A stretch of 64,000 nucleotides of DNA from Spirochaetota bacterium (GCA_016929135.1 JAFGJK010000065.1:71970-135969); one strand, 5' to 3'. Positions 1-9,410 are shown, counted from the stretch's first letter. Notes: generated by a model not told the origin, from the sequence alone. Program-made: numbers and translations.

Positions 1-66
1 AACACGCAGCGGATATAGCGATATACAATTTTTTATCGTTATCGAACGGAATAATTGAAAACTTTA

Positions 67-96
67 TTGACATTGCTGCGAGCGCTTTTTTAATCT
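67..96 (+). promoter_or_regulatory. candidate sigma70-type promoter upstream of SET-domain gene
   Basis: TTGACA (67-72), 18-nt spacer, TAATCT (91-96). It lies about 26 nt upstream of the ATG at 123, in an AT-rich leader. Confidence 0.4.
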
Positions 97-122
97 TTCT
101 GAATAATATCAGGAACGGTACA

Positions 123-662
123 ATGAAAGAATCGGCAGCGACGCATTTAAAGACAAGCCGCATAATCAAACATACCACAGACAACAATGACTTCGAAATC
201 TGGGAACAACCGGGAACCGGGCACAAGGCGCTCCATTCGCTCAGCAGGTTCGCCCCCGGGGACAGACTCGACAACTTCGGCGCCAGGCTGAAGCTGCAGC
301 AGCCCAGCTACCTTTCTGTCCAGATCAGCGCCGATGACCACATCCTTCTCAAACCGGAATACCTCCAGTACATGAACCACAGCTGTCAGCCGAATGCCCT
401 GCTGGACACCAGGGAGATGGAGGTCAGGGCGATCACCGCGATCCGGCCGGGCGATGAGATAACTTTTTTTTATCCCTCCACGGAGTGGTCCATGGCCCAG
501 GCCTTCTCCTGCCACTGCAGGTCAAGGCACTGCCTGAAGTATATCCAGGGTGCCGCCTATCTCTCCGCCGATATCTTGGAATATTACTACCTGGCAGATC
601 ATATCGAGGAGATGCTCAGGGAGCGGTCCCTCGGCGATCTCTTCGAAGAGGAGCCGGCGTAG
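123..662 (+). CDS. stand-alone SET-domain protein (putative lysine methyltransferase)
   Basis: 179-aa ORF. SET signature YMNHSCQPN, then GDEITFFY and a Cys-rich post-SET-like CHCRSRHC. AGGAA lies upstream of the ATG. Confidence 0.85.
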   Translation: MKESAATHLKTSRIIKHTTDNNDFEIWEQPGTGHKALHSLSRFAPGDRLDNFGARLKLQQPSYLSVQISADDHILLKPEYLQYMNHSCQPNALLDTREMEVRAITAIRPGDEITFFYPSTEWSMAQAFSCHCRSRHCLKYIQGAAYLSADILEYYYLADHIEEMLRERSLGDLFEEEPA

Positions 663-814
663 GGACGAGTGGGGTTTTTCAATTCATGTGCGCCTTCGGC
701 TTCTCAGCAAGCTTTTCCGGTTCCCCCCAGCGCTCGTAACGCGTGATTGTATCCGGATAAATGACCCTGAGGCTGGCGGTGGTGTCGAGCCGCGGTATCG
801 CCGCCGGGGCGATT

Positions 815-2284
815 CTATCGTCCGGCCGCCTTTCTCCTGTTCTTGACGTAATCTGAGAGGTGATCGCCGTATTTTTCCACCGCCTCCGTGAGGAAATCCG
901 TGCCGCGGATGATCCCCCTGCAGATGGGGGAGCCGCAGGTACAGGTGAAATCCTGCATCTCCTCGTTGCAGAAGGTGGCGTAATCCACGGTAATCTCCTC
1001 CCCCCGGGCGATCCTTCTCCTGGCAGTGAGGTTCAGGCCGTCGAGCCAGGCGTTGGGGTCGCATGAATGGTTGATGGGCTTCCATTCCATGGGATCGCTG
1101 CTCCACATCACCCATACCTCGTCGGTCAGTGGATAGGCGTACCGGTGGAACCAGGATTTCATCTCCCCGTCCCAGAGCCTCTCCACATGGCTTCTGCTCA
1201 CCAGGACATGCGCCTTTTCCTCGTAGTCTTCGATGACCTCCCCCTCCTCTATGTCGCAGGCGGCAGAGAGGCCGTAATGACGGTTCGGTTCGTAGGTGAG
1301 GCACCATTTCCGTTCCTGCCGGGCCCCCCGGGAGAGGGCGGCGTGGAGTATCCTCTCGATGAACCCCCTGTGCCCCTGCGAGTCGCGCATGAGGACATAA
1401 TCGGCGCTTCCCGGGGCGTCCAGAGGGCCGAAGACCGCGCAGTTGGGGTTGATCTCCAGCATGTAGGCCTCTCCGGCACCGTTGACGCGTATGTCGCAAC
1501 GTCCGTAGCCGGAGCCGTTTATACCTGCGAAGAAGCGGCATGACACCTCCTTCAGCCGCTCCGCCAGTGCTTCGTCGTCGCAGGGGGAGCATTCCATCCG
1601 CTCGTACTCTATCCACTTGAGGTCGAAATGCTTGAAGGATTCACCGTGGGGGAAGATGAATTCCACCGGTTCGTAGGCGTGGGGCGTCCGCGGATCATCG
1701 GCATTTTCCGCTACCAGGACGGTGAACTCCCTCCCCTCGATGAATTCCTCGATCAGGGCCCCTCCGTAGGCGCCGATCATGGCCCGCCCCTGCTCCACCA
1801 GGGCCGTCGGATCCTGTACGAGGGATCGTTTCGTCATGCCGATGCTGCTGTAGCTGCTGGGATGCTTGACGATCAGCGGGAAGTGCAGGGACTCCGCTGC
1901 CTGGGAAAGGCCTGCATCGTCTGATGCGAAGCAGTAGGGTGGGGTGTTGATGTCGAAGTAGCGGCAGACGCGTTTCATCGTCTCCCTGGATGGCTCGTAG
2001 AACCCCGAGGTGGCGCCGGTAAAGGGGAGCCTCATCCCCTCCAGGGCCCGCACCACGTCGATCCCGGCGCGGTCCTCGTCCCAGGCGCCGTCGCAGAGGT
2101 TCACGAACACATCGTATCCCATTTTCGACAGCTCCACTATCTGCTGCACCGACGTGGATTTGAGGAGCGGCGCGACATCCCACCGGAATCCGGAGAAGTG
2201 CCGCTCCAGGTGATGTCTGGTGTCATAGTCTTTGAAGGGGGTTGCGGATCCCTCGTAGGATGAATGGAGGATGCAGAGTTTCAT
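815..2284 (-). CDS. ATP-grasp (D-Ala-D-Ala-ligase-like) :: SET-domain fusion protein
   Basis: ORF-track 815..2464 trimmed to the ATG at 2284 (MKLCILHSSYEG), which aligns with the start of the paralog at 2374..3354. The N-terminal ~320 aa carry ATP-grasp motifs (LIVKHPSSYSSIG, LIEEFIEGREFTVLV, YMLEINPNC). The C-terminal SET domain has INHSCDPN, EEITVDY and post-SET CTCGSPICRG. Confidence 0.85.
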   Translation of the reverse strand: MKLCILHSSYEGSATPFKDYDTRHHLERHFSGFRWDVAPLLKSTSVQQIVELSKMGYDVFVNLCDGAWDEDRAGIDVVRALEGMRLPFTGATSGFYEPSRETMKRVCRYFDINTPPYCFASDDAGLSQAAESLHFPLIVKHPSSYSSIGMTKRSLVQDPTALVEQGRAMIGAYGGALIEEFIEGREFTVLVAENADDPRTPHAYEPVEFIFPHGESFKHFDLKWIEYERMECSPCDDEALAERLKEVSCRFFAGINGSGYGRCDIRVNGAGEAYMLEINPNCAVFGPLDAPGSADYVLMRDSQGHRGFIERILHAALSRGARQERKWCLTYEPNRHYGLSAACDIEEGEVIEDYEEKAHVLVSRSHVERLWDGEMKSWFHRYAYPLTDEVWVMWSSDPMEWKPINHSCDPNAWLDGLNLTARRRIARGEEITVDYATFCNEEMQDFTCTCGSPICRGIIRGTDFLTEAVEKYGDHLSDYVKNRRKAAGR

Positions 2285-2373
2285 GACGGCTCCGGCGTGG
2301 TTCCCCCTATGGTTTTTCGAAAGAGGGGGGGCGTTCCCGTGGTAGTACTGTCGGTCTGCATGGTTCCGCGCGT

Positions 2374-3354
2374 TTACAATTGCACTCTGCGGTGGGCCGC
2401 CCTGAATATGCGGTCCATGAATCCCTGGAAGCCCGAGGATTCGTTGAGTATAATATAGTCGCAACTGTAGGGCCCGGGGTACTCCAGGGGGCCGAAGATG
2501 CTGCAGTTCGGATTAATCTCCAGTACATAGGCCTCGTTTTTATCATTCAGGCGCAGATCGCACCGCCCGTAGCCGGTCCCCTGAAGGCTGGTGAAGAAGT
2601 CGCCGCAGACATCCTGCAGATACCTGCCCAGTTCCGGTTCCACCGGGGGGCCGAATTCGACCCCGATGGTGCTGTCGGACCATTTCATCGCGAAATGATC
2701 GAACGTTTCATTCTCCGGAAAGAGTATCTCCAGGGGCGGATAGACGTAGGGGGCGGAGGGATTTTCGGCATTCTCCACCACCAGGACGTTGAATTCCCTC
2801 CCTTCGATGAATTCCTCGATCAGGGCCCCCTTGTAGGTATCGATCATCTTCATCGCCTGGGTGTAGAGCTCCTCGGCGGTCTCCACACGGGAGTCCCTGG
2901 AGGTTCCGATACTTCCGTAGCTGTTCCAGTGCTTCACGATCATGGGATAGGCCAGGTTGTTGGCGGCCCAGCAGACGTCCTCCTCCTTGAAGGCCAGCTT
3001 GAAGCGGGGGGTTTGTATGTGTGCCCTGCCGCAGGCCTCCTTCATATACAGGCGAGAGGGGTCATAGAAGTCGGAATTGGCCCCCGTGAAGGGGACGTCG
3101 AGGCGCTCCAGGGTATGGACCACCTCTATCCCCGCCCTGTCTTCGTCGGCCGCGCCGTCACAGAGGTTGATGAAGAGATCGAAGCCCCGGCTCGCCATGT
3201 CCTCCACCTGCGCCACCGCCGTGTTTTTATGGATCTCGTGCATCTCCCACTGGTGGTCCTGCAGGTGGGGATCCAGGAAAAACGGATCGGTGTCATATTC
3301 AGAAAATTGCGATGAAGACTGCTCGTAGGAACTTGTGAGGACGCATAATTTCAT
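2374..3354 (-). CDS. ATP-grasp protein (D-Ala-D-Ala-ligase-like), paralog of the N-terminal part of 815..2284
   Basis: 326-aa ORF starting MKLCVLTSSYEQ. Motifs: PMIVKHWNSYGSIG, LIEEFIEGREFNVLV, YVLEINPNCS. Colinear with the neighbouring fusion protein but lacks a SET domain. Confidence 0.85.
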   Translation of the reverse strand: MKLCVLTSSYEQSSSQFSEYDTDPFFLDPHLQDHQWEMHEIHKNTAVAQVEDMASRGFDLFINLCDGAADEDRAGIEVVHTLERLDVPFTGANSDFYDPSRLYMKEACGRAHIQTPRFKLAFKEEDVCWAANNLAYPMIVKHWNSYGSIGTSRDSRVETAEELYTQAMKMIDTYKGALIEEFIEGREFNVLVVENAENPSAPYVYPPLEILFPENETFDHFAMKWSDSTIGVEFGPPVEPELGRYLQDVCGDFFTSLQGTGYGRCDLRLNDKNEAYVLEINPNCSIFGPLEYPGPYSCDYIILNESSGFQGFMDRIFRAAHRRVQL

Positions 3355-3384
3355 TCAGACCAACCCTGCTTTTGCGGAAAAATT

Positions 3385-3413
3385 TTTTTATTCACAATCA
3401 TTATTTCTGTCAA
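3385..3413 (-). promoter_or_regulatory. candidate promoter for the ATP-grasp genes
   Basis: On the minus strand: TTGACA (3413-3408), 17-nt spacer, TAAAAA (3390-3385). About 30 nt upstream of the ATG at 3354. Confidence 0.45.
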
Positions 3414-4059
3414 AGCGCTATACTTAATTATTTTTCAATTAAAAAATGAGAATCGATGGGCAAAATATAAAAAAAAATCATATCTCTATGCCGCGCGACG
3501 GCGACTCGCCGGAGCAGCCTGGCGCCTTCACCTGGGGGATCCCCCGCCTTCAATGGGCGGCAGGCATGTCGCGATGGATCCATTCTCCTCACGGAAATAC
3601 GTCATGCCTGCGGTCCCTCGTCCCTGCCGCACCCTGGGGAATCGAAAACGCCGTGGGTAATGGAGCGATATCTCCCCCAATGATCGGAACATGGACCATG
3701 GTGCTCAATGGTAAGGGAGATAATTATCTGACCGCTCCCCTGAGGGGGGGAGGTTCTCCTTTTTCATCAACCGGAGGGGGATTCAGGGTGTTTCCGGGAT
3801 CGACATTGCAGATAAGGGGCCGGTGATATCACGCGACGGTGGGGAACGCGCTGTATTTGCACCGAGAGACGCCGGAAACGCCCTTTTCCTGGAGTCCTCC
3901 TTGGGTGATAGGGCTGTACCCCGGAGGTATGCCCTGGATATATATGTACAACAATGCCATTTCCGGGCATATTAATATTGACATATATAACGGCTTTATC
4001 AAAATGTTCCCTGACCTCGTAAAGTGTTTTTATCAAAAAATCAAAAAAGGGGTGGAGAG

Positions 4060-4830
4060 ATGAAGATAGTTGTCTGCTTAAAACAGGTTCCAGACATGGA
4101 ATCAAAGTTCAAAATCATCGATGAAAAGAAGATCGATGAGTCCCAGATAGCCTTTAAAATCAATGATTTCGATAACTATGCCGTTGAAGCAGCCCTTCAG
4201 CTGAAAGAGAAGCTCGGCGGCGAGGTTGTCATCGTCAGCGCCGGCCCCGCGCGTGCCCAGAAGGACGTCCGCCAGGCCTTCGCCATGGGAGCCGACTGGG
4301 GTATCCAGATCGACGACCCGGCGGTGGAAGCAGGCGATAATTACGTAATCGCCGAGGCCCTCCAGAAGGCGATCGCCAGCATCGGCGACGTCGAGCTGGT
4401 GCTCACCGGAGTACAGGCCGAGGACGATCAGGCATCGGTTACGGGCGTCATGATGGCGCATCTGATGGACGCTCCCCATGTCACCAACGTGGTGAAGCTT
4501 GAAGTGAACGGCAAGGATCTCACGGTAAACAGAGAGCTCGCCGGCGGCAAGAACGAGGTCATCAACCTGTCAATCCCGGCGGTGCTGGCGATCCAGTCCG
4601 GTATCAATGAGCCCAGGTATCCCACACTTCCCGGCATCATGAAGGCCAAGAAGAAACGCCTTGACGTCAAGAAGGCGGCGGATTTCGGGGCCTCCGCAGC
4701 GGCGAAGACGGAATTCATCAAGATGTTTATCCCGGTTTCCGAGCACAAGGCCGAGATCATCCAGGGCGATCCCAAGACTGCGGCCGCCACGCTTGTCAAC
4801 AAGCTGAAAAACGAAGCGAAGGTATTATAG
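4060..4830 (+). CDS. etfB: electron transfer flavoprotein beta subunit
   Basis: MKIVVCLKQVPD... is a typical EtfB N-terminus. GGTGGAGAG RBS lies before the ATG at 4060. The longer ORF-track start at 4024 was rejected. Confidence 0.9.
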   Translation: MKIVVCLKQVPDMESKFKIIDEKKIDESQIAFKINDFDNYAVEAALQLKEKLGGEVVIVSAGPARAQKDVRQAFAMGADWGIQIDDPAVEAGDNYVIAEALQKAIASIGDVELVLTGVQAEDDQASVTGVMMAHLMDAPHVTNVVKLEVNGKDLTVNRELAGGKNEVINLSIPAVLAIQSGINEPRYPTLPGIMKAKKKRLDVKKAADFGASAAAKTEFIKMFIPVSEHKAEIIQGDPKTAAATLVNKLKNEAKVL

Positions 4831-4841
4831 GAGGAGCGACC

Positions 4842-5792
4842 ATGGCTAAGATATTGATAATCGCAGAACATTTTGACGGCAAAGTCGAGGACAGCACGCT
4901 GGAGCTTTGCAAGGCAGCAAAGTCGTTGGCCTCAGCGCTCGGTGCCGAACCAGCCGCGGCCGTCTTCTCGAAAGACGGTGCCGTGGCAAACGAGGTTGCA
5001 AAGTACATACCCGCGGTCTTCTCGGTGGAGGACGCGAATCTTGAGAAGTATTCGGCCGACGGCTACACCGCGGCGGCGAAGGCGGTGGTGGAGTCCCAGG
5101 ACGTGAAGGGCGTGCTCATCGCGCACAGCTACTACGGTGTTGACTTCGCGGCGAAGCTGGCACTGGCCCTGGATTGCGGCATCGTGTCGAACTGCAACAA
5201 GGTTGCGGTTGAGGGGGGCGCCCCGGTGTTCACCAGGAACACCTACAACGGCAAGATCCAGGAGAACAAGAAGGTGAAGACCGACAAATTCGTCGCCACC
5301 TTCGAAAAGGGCGCCTTTGACATGGAGGCGGCCGGCGGGGCCGGCGCGGTCACCAAGGTGGCAGCGACGATCGGCGCCGTCCGCACCACGGTAAAGGAAA
5401 TCGTCGAGACCATGGCCGGGGCGGTCGATATCTCCCAGGCGAAGGTCATCGTGGCCGGCGGACGCGGCCTGAAGGACGGCGACAAGTACAAAGACGTCAT
5501 CATACCGCTGGCGAAGAAGGTGGGGGGCGAGTATGCTGCCTCCAGGCCGGTGGTGGACTCCGGTTGGACCGAAGCGGCCCGCCAGGTGGGGCAGTCAGGA
5601 AAGAGCGTGACTCCGGACCTGTACATCGCCGCCGGCATCTCCGGCGCCATCCAGCATGTGGCCGGCATGAAGGGATCCAAGTGCATCGTCGCGATCAACA
5701 AGGACCCGGAAGCGCCGATCTTCAATATTGCCACCTACGGGATCGTGGGAGACCTCTTTGAGGTCATCCCCGCGATGATGGAAAACCTGTAG
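4842..5792 (+). CDS. etfA: electron transfer flavoprotein alpha subunit
   Basis: 316 aa. AGGAGG RBS, 11 nt after etfB. C-terminal FAD-binding region PDLYIAAGISGAIQHVAGM is typical of EtfA. Confidence 0.9.
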   Translation: MAKILIIAEHFDGKVEDSTLELCKAAKSLASALGAEPAAAVFSKDGAVANEVAKYIPAVFSVEDANLEKYSADGYTAAAKAVVESQDVKGVLIAHSYYGVDFAAKLALALDCGIVSNCNKVAVEGGAPVFTRNTYNGKIQENKKVKTDKFVATFEKGAFDMEAAGGAGAVTKVAATIGAVRTTVKEIVETMAGAVDISQAKVIVAGGRGLKDGDKYKDVIIPLAKKVGGEYAASRPVVDSGWTEAARQVGQSGKSVTPDLYIAAGISGAIQHVAGMKGSKCIVAINKDPEAPIFNIATYGIVGDLFEVIPAMMENL

Positions 5793-5816
5793 TACGCGAA
5801 CTGATCGAAACCACGA

Positions 5817-5849
5817 GGGGGCCGCGGGGGACCGCGGCCCCCTTTTTTT
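5817..5849 (+). terminator. Rho-independent terminator after etfA
   Basis: Perfect 11-bp GC stem GGGGGCCGCGG / CCGCGGCCCCC with loop GGGA, followed by T7 (5843-5849). Confidence 0.85.
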
Positions 5850-5858
5850 GTCCGGACA

Positions 5859-7250
5859 TCAGGGATTCATGCCCTTCTCCCCTCGTTCGATGGATTGTAC
5901 CATCAGCCGGTGTGCCGACGCGTCGATGGAATAGAAGGAGAGCAGCACCATCCCCAGGGCAAGGAAGGCCATGGGGACCACCGTGAGGATTCCACGGATG
6001 CCGCCGAGGGTCGCGACGCTTTGCTGCGCATTCGGCACGTACCCGATCAGCGTCAGGGCGGTCCCCACGATGAAACCGGCCATGGCGGTCCCCACCTTGA
6101 AGACGAAGTAATAGGCGCCGTACAGCGTCGCCTCGCGTCGGAGCCCCGTTTTGAGCTCGGAGAACTCGACGGTGTCGGGGATCATCGCCCAGGGGGACAG
6201 CCAGTTCGTGGAAAGGCCGATACCGGCGAACACGAAGAGGACCAGCGTTCCCTTCAGGCCGGCGTCTTTCATGAGGAGGGTGATTCCCAAAATCAGGATC
6301 ACCATACCCATGCCGGTCATGTAGGCTCCCTTCTTGCCGATCCTGCCGGAAAGCCACACGAAGACGGGGAGGGCGCACCCCGCGGTCACGAAAATGCAGA
6401 TGAAGGCCAGCGGGATGGAGGATTCCGCCCCGAGGCAGTACTTGAAGTAGTAGTTCACCACCAGCGCCATCACGTTCATTCCTATCATGAACATGAACAT
6501 CGCGCCGGTGAGGAAGAGGAAGGGGGGATTCGAAGCGATAACCCTGACGGTGTCCCGGAGAGACGGCTTCTGCATCTTTGGCGATGCGACCCGCTCACGC
6601 ACCGAGGCGAAGGCCACGAGCGTCGTGAGGGCCGCCGCGAGTCCGAAGAGAAGCCCCGTTCCCCGGAAGCCGTATCCCTGTTCACCGCCCCCCAGGAGGC
6701 CCACCAGGGGGAGCGTCGCGCCGGCCGCCGTCAAGGTCCCCGCTAGGGCGAACCCGGCCCTGATCCCGGTGAGCCGCGAGCGCTCGTTGAAATCGACCGT
6801 GAGGGACGCGGTGAGGGACAGGTAGGGGATGTCCACCACGGTTATGGCCGTGCAGAAGAGCATGTAGGAGAAGAGGCCGAAGATGAAGCGGTATGGTGCG
6901 GCCATGGGGGGGGCGCTGAACAGAAGGAACATTGAAAGGCCCATGGGGAGCGCCCCCAAGAGGAGGTAGGGCCGCTTCCGACCCCAGCGGCTCGTTGTGT
7001 GGTCCGATATCATCCCCATGAGGGGGTCGGAGACCGCGTCCCATACCTTCGACGACAGGAGGATGATGCCCGCCTGCGCCGGCGGAATGCCGAAGACGTC
7101 GGTGAAGAAGAAGAGTAGATAGATGTTCGCCGTCTGGATGATCAGATTGGCGCCGAGGTCCCCGGTGCCGTATCCCAGCTTCATGGCCAGGGGCACCATG
7201 TCGGTTCCGCCGGCGTTTTGAGCTTCCTCGGATGGTGCATTTGCTCTCAT
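5859..7250 (-). CDS. glycoside-pentoside-hexuronide (GPH)/MFS-type cation symporter
   Basis: 463-aa polytopic membrane protein. GPH-like motif DAVSDPLMGMISDHTTSRWGRKRPYLL. AGGAGGG RBS 5 nt upstream of the ATG at 7250. Confidence 0.85.
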   Translation of the reverse strand: MRANAPSEEAQNAGGTDMVPLAMKLGYGTGDLGANLIIQTANIYLLFFFTDVFGIPPAQAGIILLSSKVWDAVSDPLMGMISDHTTSRWGRKRPYLLLGALPMGLSMFLLFSAPPMAAPYRFIFGLFSYMLFCTAITVVDIPYLSLTASLTVDFNERSRLTGIRAGFALAGTLTAAGATLPLVGLLGGGEQGYGFRGTGLLFGLAAALTTLVAFASVRERVASPKMQKPSLRDTVRVIASNPPFLFLTGAMFMFMIGMNVMALVVNYYFKYCLGAESSIPLAFICIFVTAGCALPVFVWLSGRIGKKGAYMTGMGMVILILGITLLMKDAGLKGTLVLFVFAGIGLSTNWLSPWAMIPDTVEFSELKTGLRREATLYGAYYFVFKVGTAMAGFIVGTALTLIGYVPNAQQSVATLGGIRGILTVVPMAFLALGMVLLSFYSIDASAHRLMVQSIERGEKGMNP

Positions 7251-7301
7251 GTGTCCCTCCTGTAATCGAGATGCCGGGGGCCGCCGAAGCCCCCCTGCCG
7301 T

Positions 7302-8684
7302 TTAACCGAGAAACATGCCGTCCCGGCGCAGCGTCTCCTGCAGTAGGGGCACCGATAGCTGCCGCGGCGCGGCCTTCCCCTGGATGCACAGGGCCGCAGC
7401 GGTCCCCGCGGCCTGACCCGTCTTGTAGCACATGGGCATGATAGCCCAGGTGGCCATGGCAATGTACTGGCCGGAGATGGCGCTGCCGGCCACCATGACG
7501 TTTTCCAGCCCCCGGGGAAGCATGCACCGGAAGGGGATGGTGTACCAGGTGCCGGAGAGATGGTTGAACCGTACGTTTGTCCCCTCCGGCTCCCATACCT
7601 CGAGCCGATAGGTGCCGGTGGCGATGACGTCCTCAAATTTCTTTGCCTCCAGGATGTCCCGCTGGGTCAGGAAATAGTCCCCCCTGATCCGTCTGGTGCC
7701 GATCATGCCGACGGAGACCCCTGTATTTATCAGCCTGCTGTTGCGGAAGGCCGGGATCTCCTTTTTCAGAAAACCGGCGATCTCCCTGATCTGGCGGCGC
7801 TGCTCCATCTCACCCTGCGCCGCGTTTTCAGGATCCAACGGGTTGACATTGAAGACCCTGGTGCCGAATATCTGTATCACCCCATGGCACACCACCTGCC
7901 AGAAGAGGCCCTCCAGGGGCACGTTCAGCTCCCCCCTGCGCCGGTGCTCTTCATAGATCACCGCGGTTTCGTACATGTCCAGGTGTTCGGTGTCCACCCC
8001 GGCGATCCGGAAGGTGGTGGACGTCGGCATGATGAGGCCGGCGGGGACGCCGTCATTGTCGCCGGACCCGTACACCGCGGGTGCGCCGGCACGGGCGACT
8101 ATGTCCGCGCTCCCTGTGGCGTCGATGAAAATTCTTCCCCTGATCTGCTCCCGCCGCGTGAGCGTCTCCGCCACGATGGCCTCGACGGCGCCGTCCCGGA
8201 CGACGGTGTCGACGACGAGCGAGTTCACCCGGAGCTTCACGCCGGCCTCGTGGAGCATGTCGAAGTAGAGGAACTTCAGCTCCTCGGGATCGAAGAGGTA
8301 CCATTTGCTCGTGGCGACGTTGTCATTTTCGCCGGCGATCGGCACGAAGCGTTCCACCCCGTCGCGGAGCACCGTCTTGAGCTCAATGGCGCCAAGTTTC
8401 TGCAACCGCTCCAGTACCTCCCCCAGTATCCCGTCGTAGGGCATATCCATCTCCCCGGTCTCCACCGCGGTGTTCAGCGGCCAAGTGGCGATGGGGATCT
8501 GTGTCGACATTCCGCCGAGAAAGGGGAAGCGCTCAACAAGAACCACGCTCATGCCCCGGCGCCTGGCCGCGAGGCATGCCGCGATCCCCGCAGGTCCGCT
8601 CCCCGCCACCACCACGTCCGCCTCGGCGCCCACGGGGAGCGTCTCACCGCGGTTGCTGGTTACTTCAGTTTTTTTTCGTGCCAT
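7302..8684 (-). CDS. FAD-dependent oxidoreductase
   Basis: Rossmann dinucleotide motif VVVAGSGPAGIAACLAARRRG...LVERFPFLGG. Start set at the ATG at 8684 (MARKKTEV), which has an AGGAGGG RBS. Confidence 0.85.
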   Translation of the reverse strand: MARKKTEVTSNRGETLPVGAEADVVVAGSGPAGIAACLAARRRGMSVVLVERFPFLGGMSTQIPIATWPLNTAVETGEMDMPYDGILGEVLERLQKLGAIELKTVLRDGVERFVPIAGENDNVATSKWYLFDPEELKFLYFDMLHEAGVKLRVNSLVVDTVVRDGAVEAIVAETLTRREQIRGRIFIDATGSADIVARAGAPAVYGSGDNDGVPAGLIMPTSTTFRIAGVDTEHLDMYETAVIYEEHRRRGELNVPLEGLFWQVVCHGVIQIFGTRVFNVNPLDPENAAQGEMEQRRQIREIAGFLKKEIPAFRNSRLINTGVSVGMIGTRRIRGDYFLTQRDILEAKKFEDVIATGTYRLEVWEPEGTNVRFNHLSGTWYTIPFRCMLPRGLENVMVAGSAISGQYIAMATWAIMPMCYKTGQAAGTAAALCIQGKAAPRQLSVPLLQETLRRDGMFLG

Positions 8685-8753
8685 TGTCGTCCCTCCTGGT
8701 TTTATTCCGGCATGGTGCACCCGGTGGTGAAGAGGATCGGACGCCGGGACCCT

Positions 8754-9410
8754 TCATCGCCCCCCGGCAGGACCTCTCCTTCCGCCCTTTTTTCCGGCCT
8801 TCGGGGTCTCCCGCTGTGCATCGAGCAGTCCCTTCAATATCAGGTCGATGCCGGCCCGGTACATACCCTGCGCCGTGTGCCCTTCCGACTTAACGTATGT
8901 TTTGATGATAAACATGCAGTAGACTGAATAGAGGAAACCCGCGACCTGGTCGATATCGACCCGGCGGAAAACCCCCTCATCAACCCCCCGCTGGATTATT
9001 CCCCGCAGCATTGCGTAGGATGCCTGGCCGATGCTGGGGAAGCGGTCCTCTGACGGGGTCACCGACTGGATCGCCGGGTCGTTCATTATTATGCTGCGGA
9101 GCGTGTCATCCTCGGAGAGGTACTCGTAGGATTTCAGGCCCAGGGCCGTGAATTTATCCATGATGTCCTCTTCTCGCTCCACGGCGTCCCGCACCCTGTT
9201 CTGCCAGCGCAGGAGACCAAGGGCGACGGATTTCTCGTACAGATCGAGCTTGTTGCGGCAGTAGAAGTAGAGGTTCCCCTTGGTCATTCCCAGCCTGTCG
9301 GCGATATCCTCCATGGAGGCCTTACGGTAGCCGTACTGTGCGAACACCGCCAATGATGCCTCCAGTATCCGGTTGAGTCTGTCGCTGTCCTGCATGGCGC
9401 CCCCGCTCAT
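8754..9410 (-). CDS. TetR/AcrR-family transcriptional regulator
   Basis: N-terminal HTH RILEASLAVFAQYGYRKASMEDIADRLGMTKGNLYFYCRNKLDLY. The start is ambiguous (ATG at 9416, 9410 or 9395). The ORF-track start at 9500 was rejected. Confidence 0.8.
   Translation of the reverse strand: MSGGAMQDSDRLNRILEASLAVFAQYGYRKASMEDIADRLGMTKGNLYFYCRNKLDLYEKSVALGLLRWQNRVRDAVEREEDIMDKFTALGLKSYEYLSEDDTLRSIIMNDPAIQSVTPSEDRFPSIGQASYAMLRGIIQRGVDEGVFRRVDIDQVAGFLYSVYCMFIIKTYVKSEGHTAQGMYRAGIDLILKGLLDAQRETPKAGKKGGRRGPAGGR

Noticed and set aside
2285-2464. 60-codon N-terminal extension of the ATP-grasp::SET ORF in the six-frame track.
   Set aside because: The extension has no counterpart in the paralog. The ATG at 2284 reproduces the paralog's MKLC(I/V)L start.
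3446-3826. 126-aa ORF in the etfB upstream region. Also the 112-aa ORF at 3767-4105(-).
   Set aside because: No RBS, non-protein-like composition, no motifs. The region is treated as non-coding or unexplained instead (see finding).
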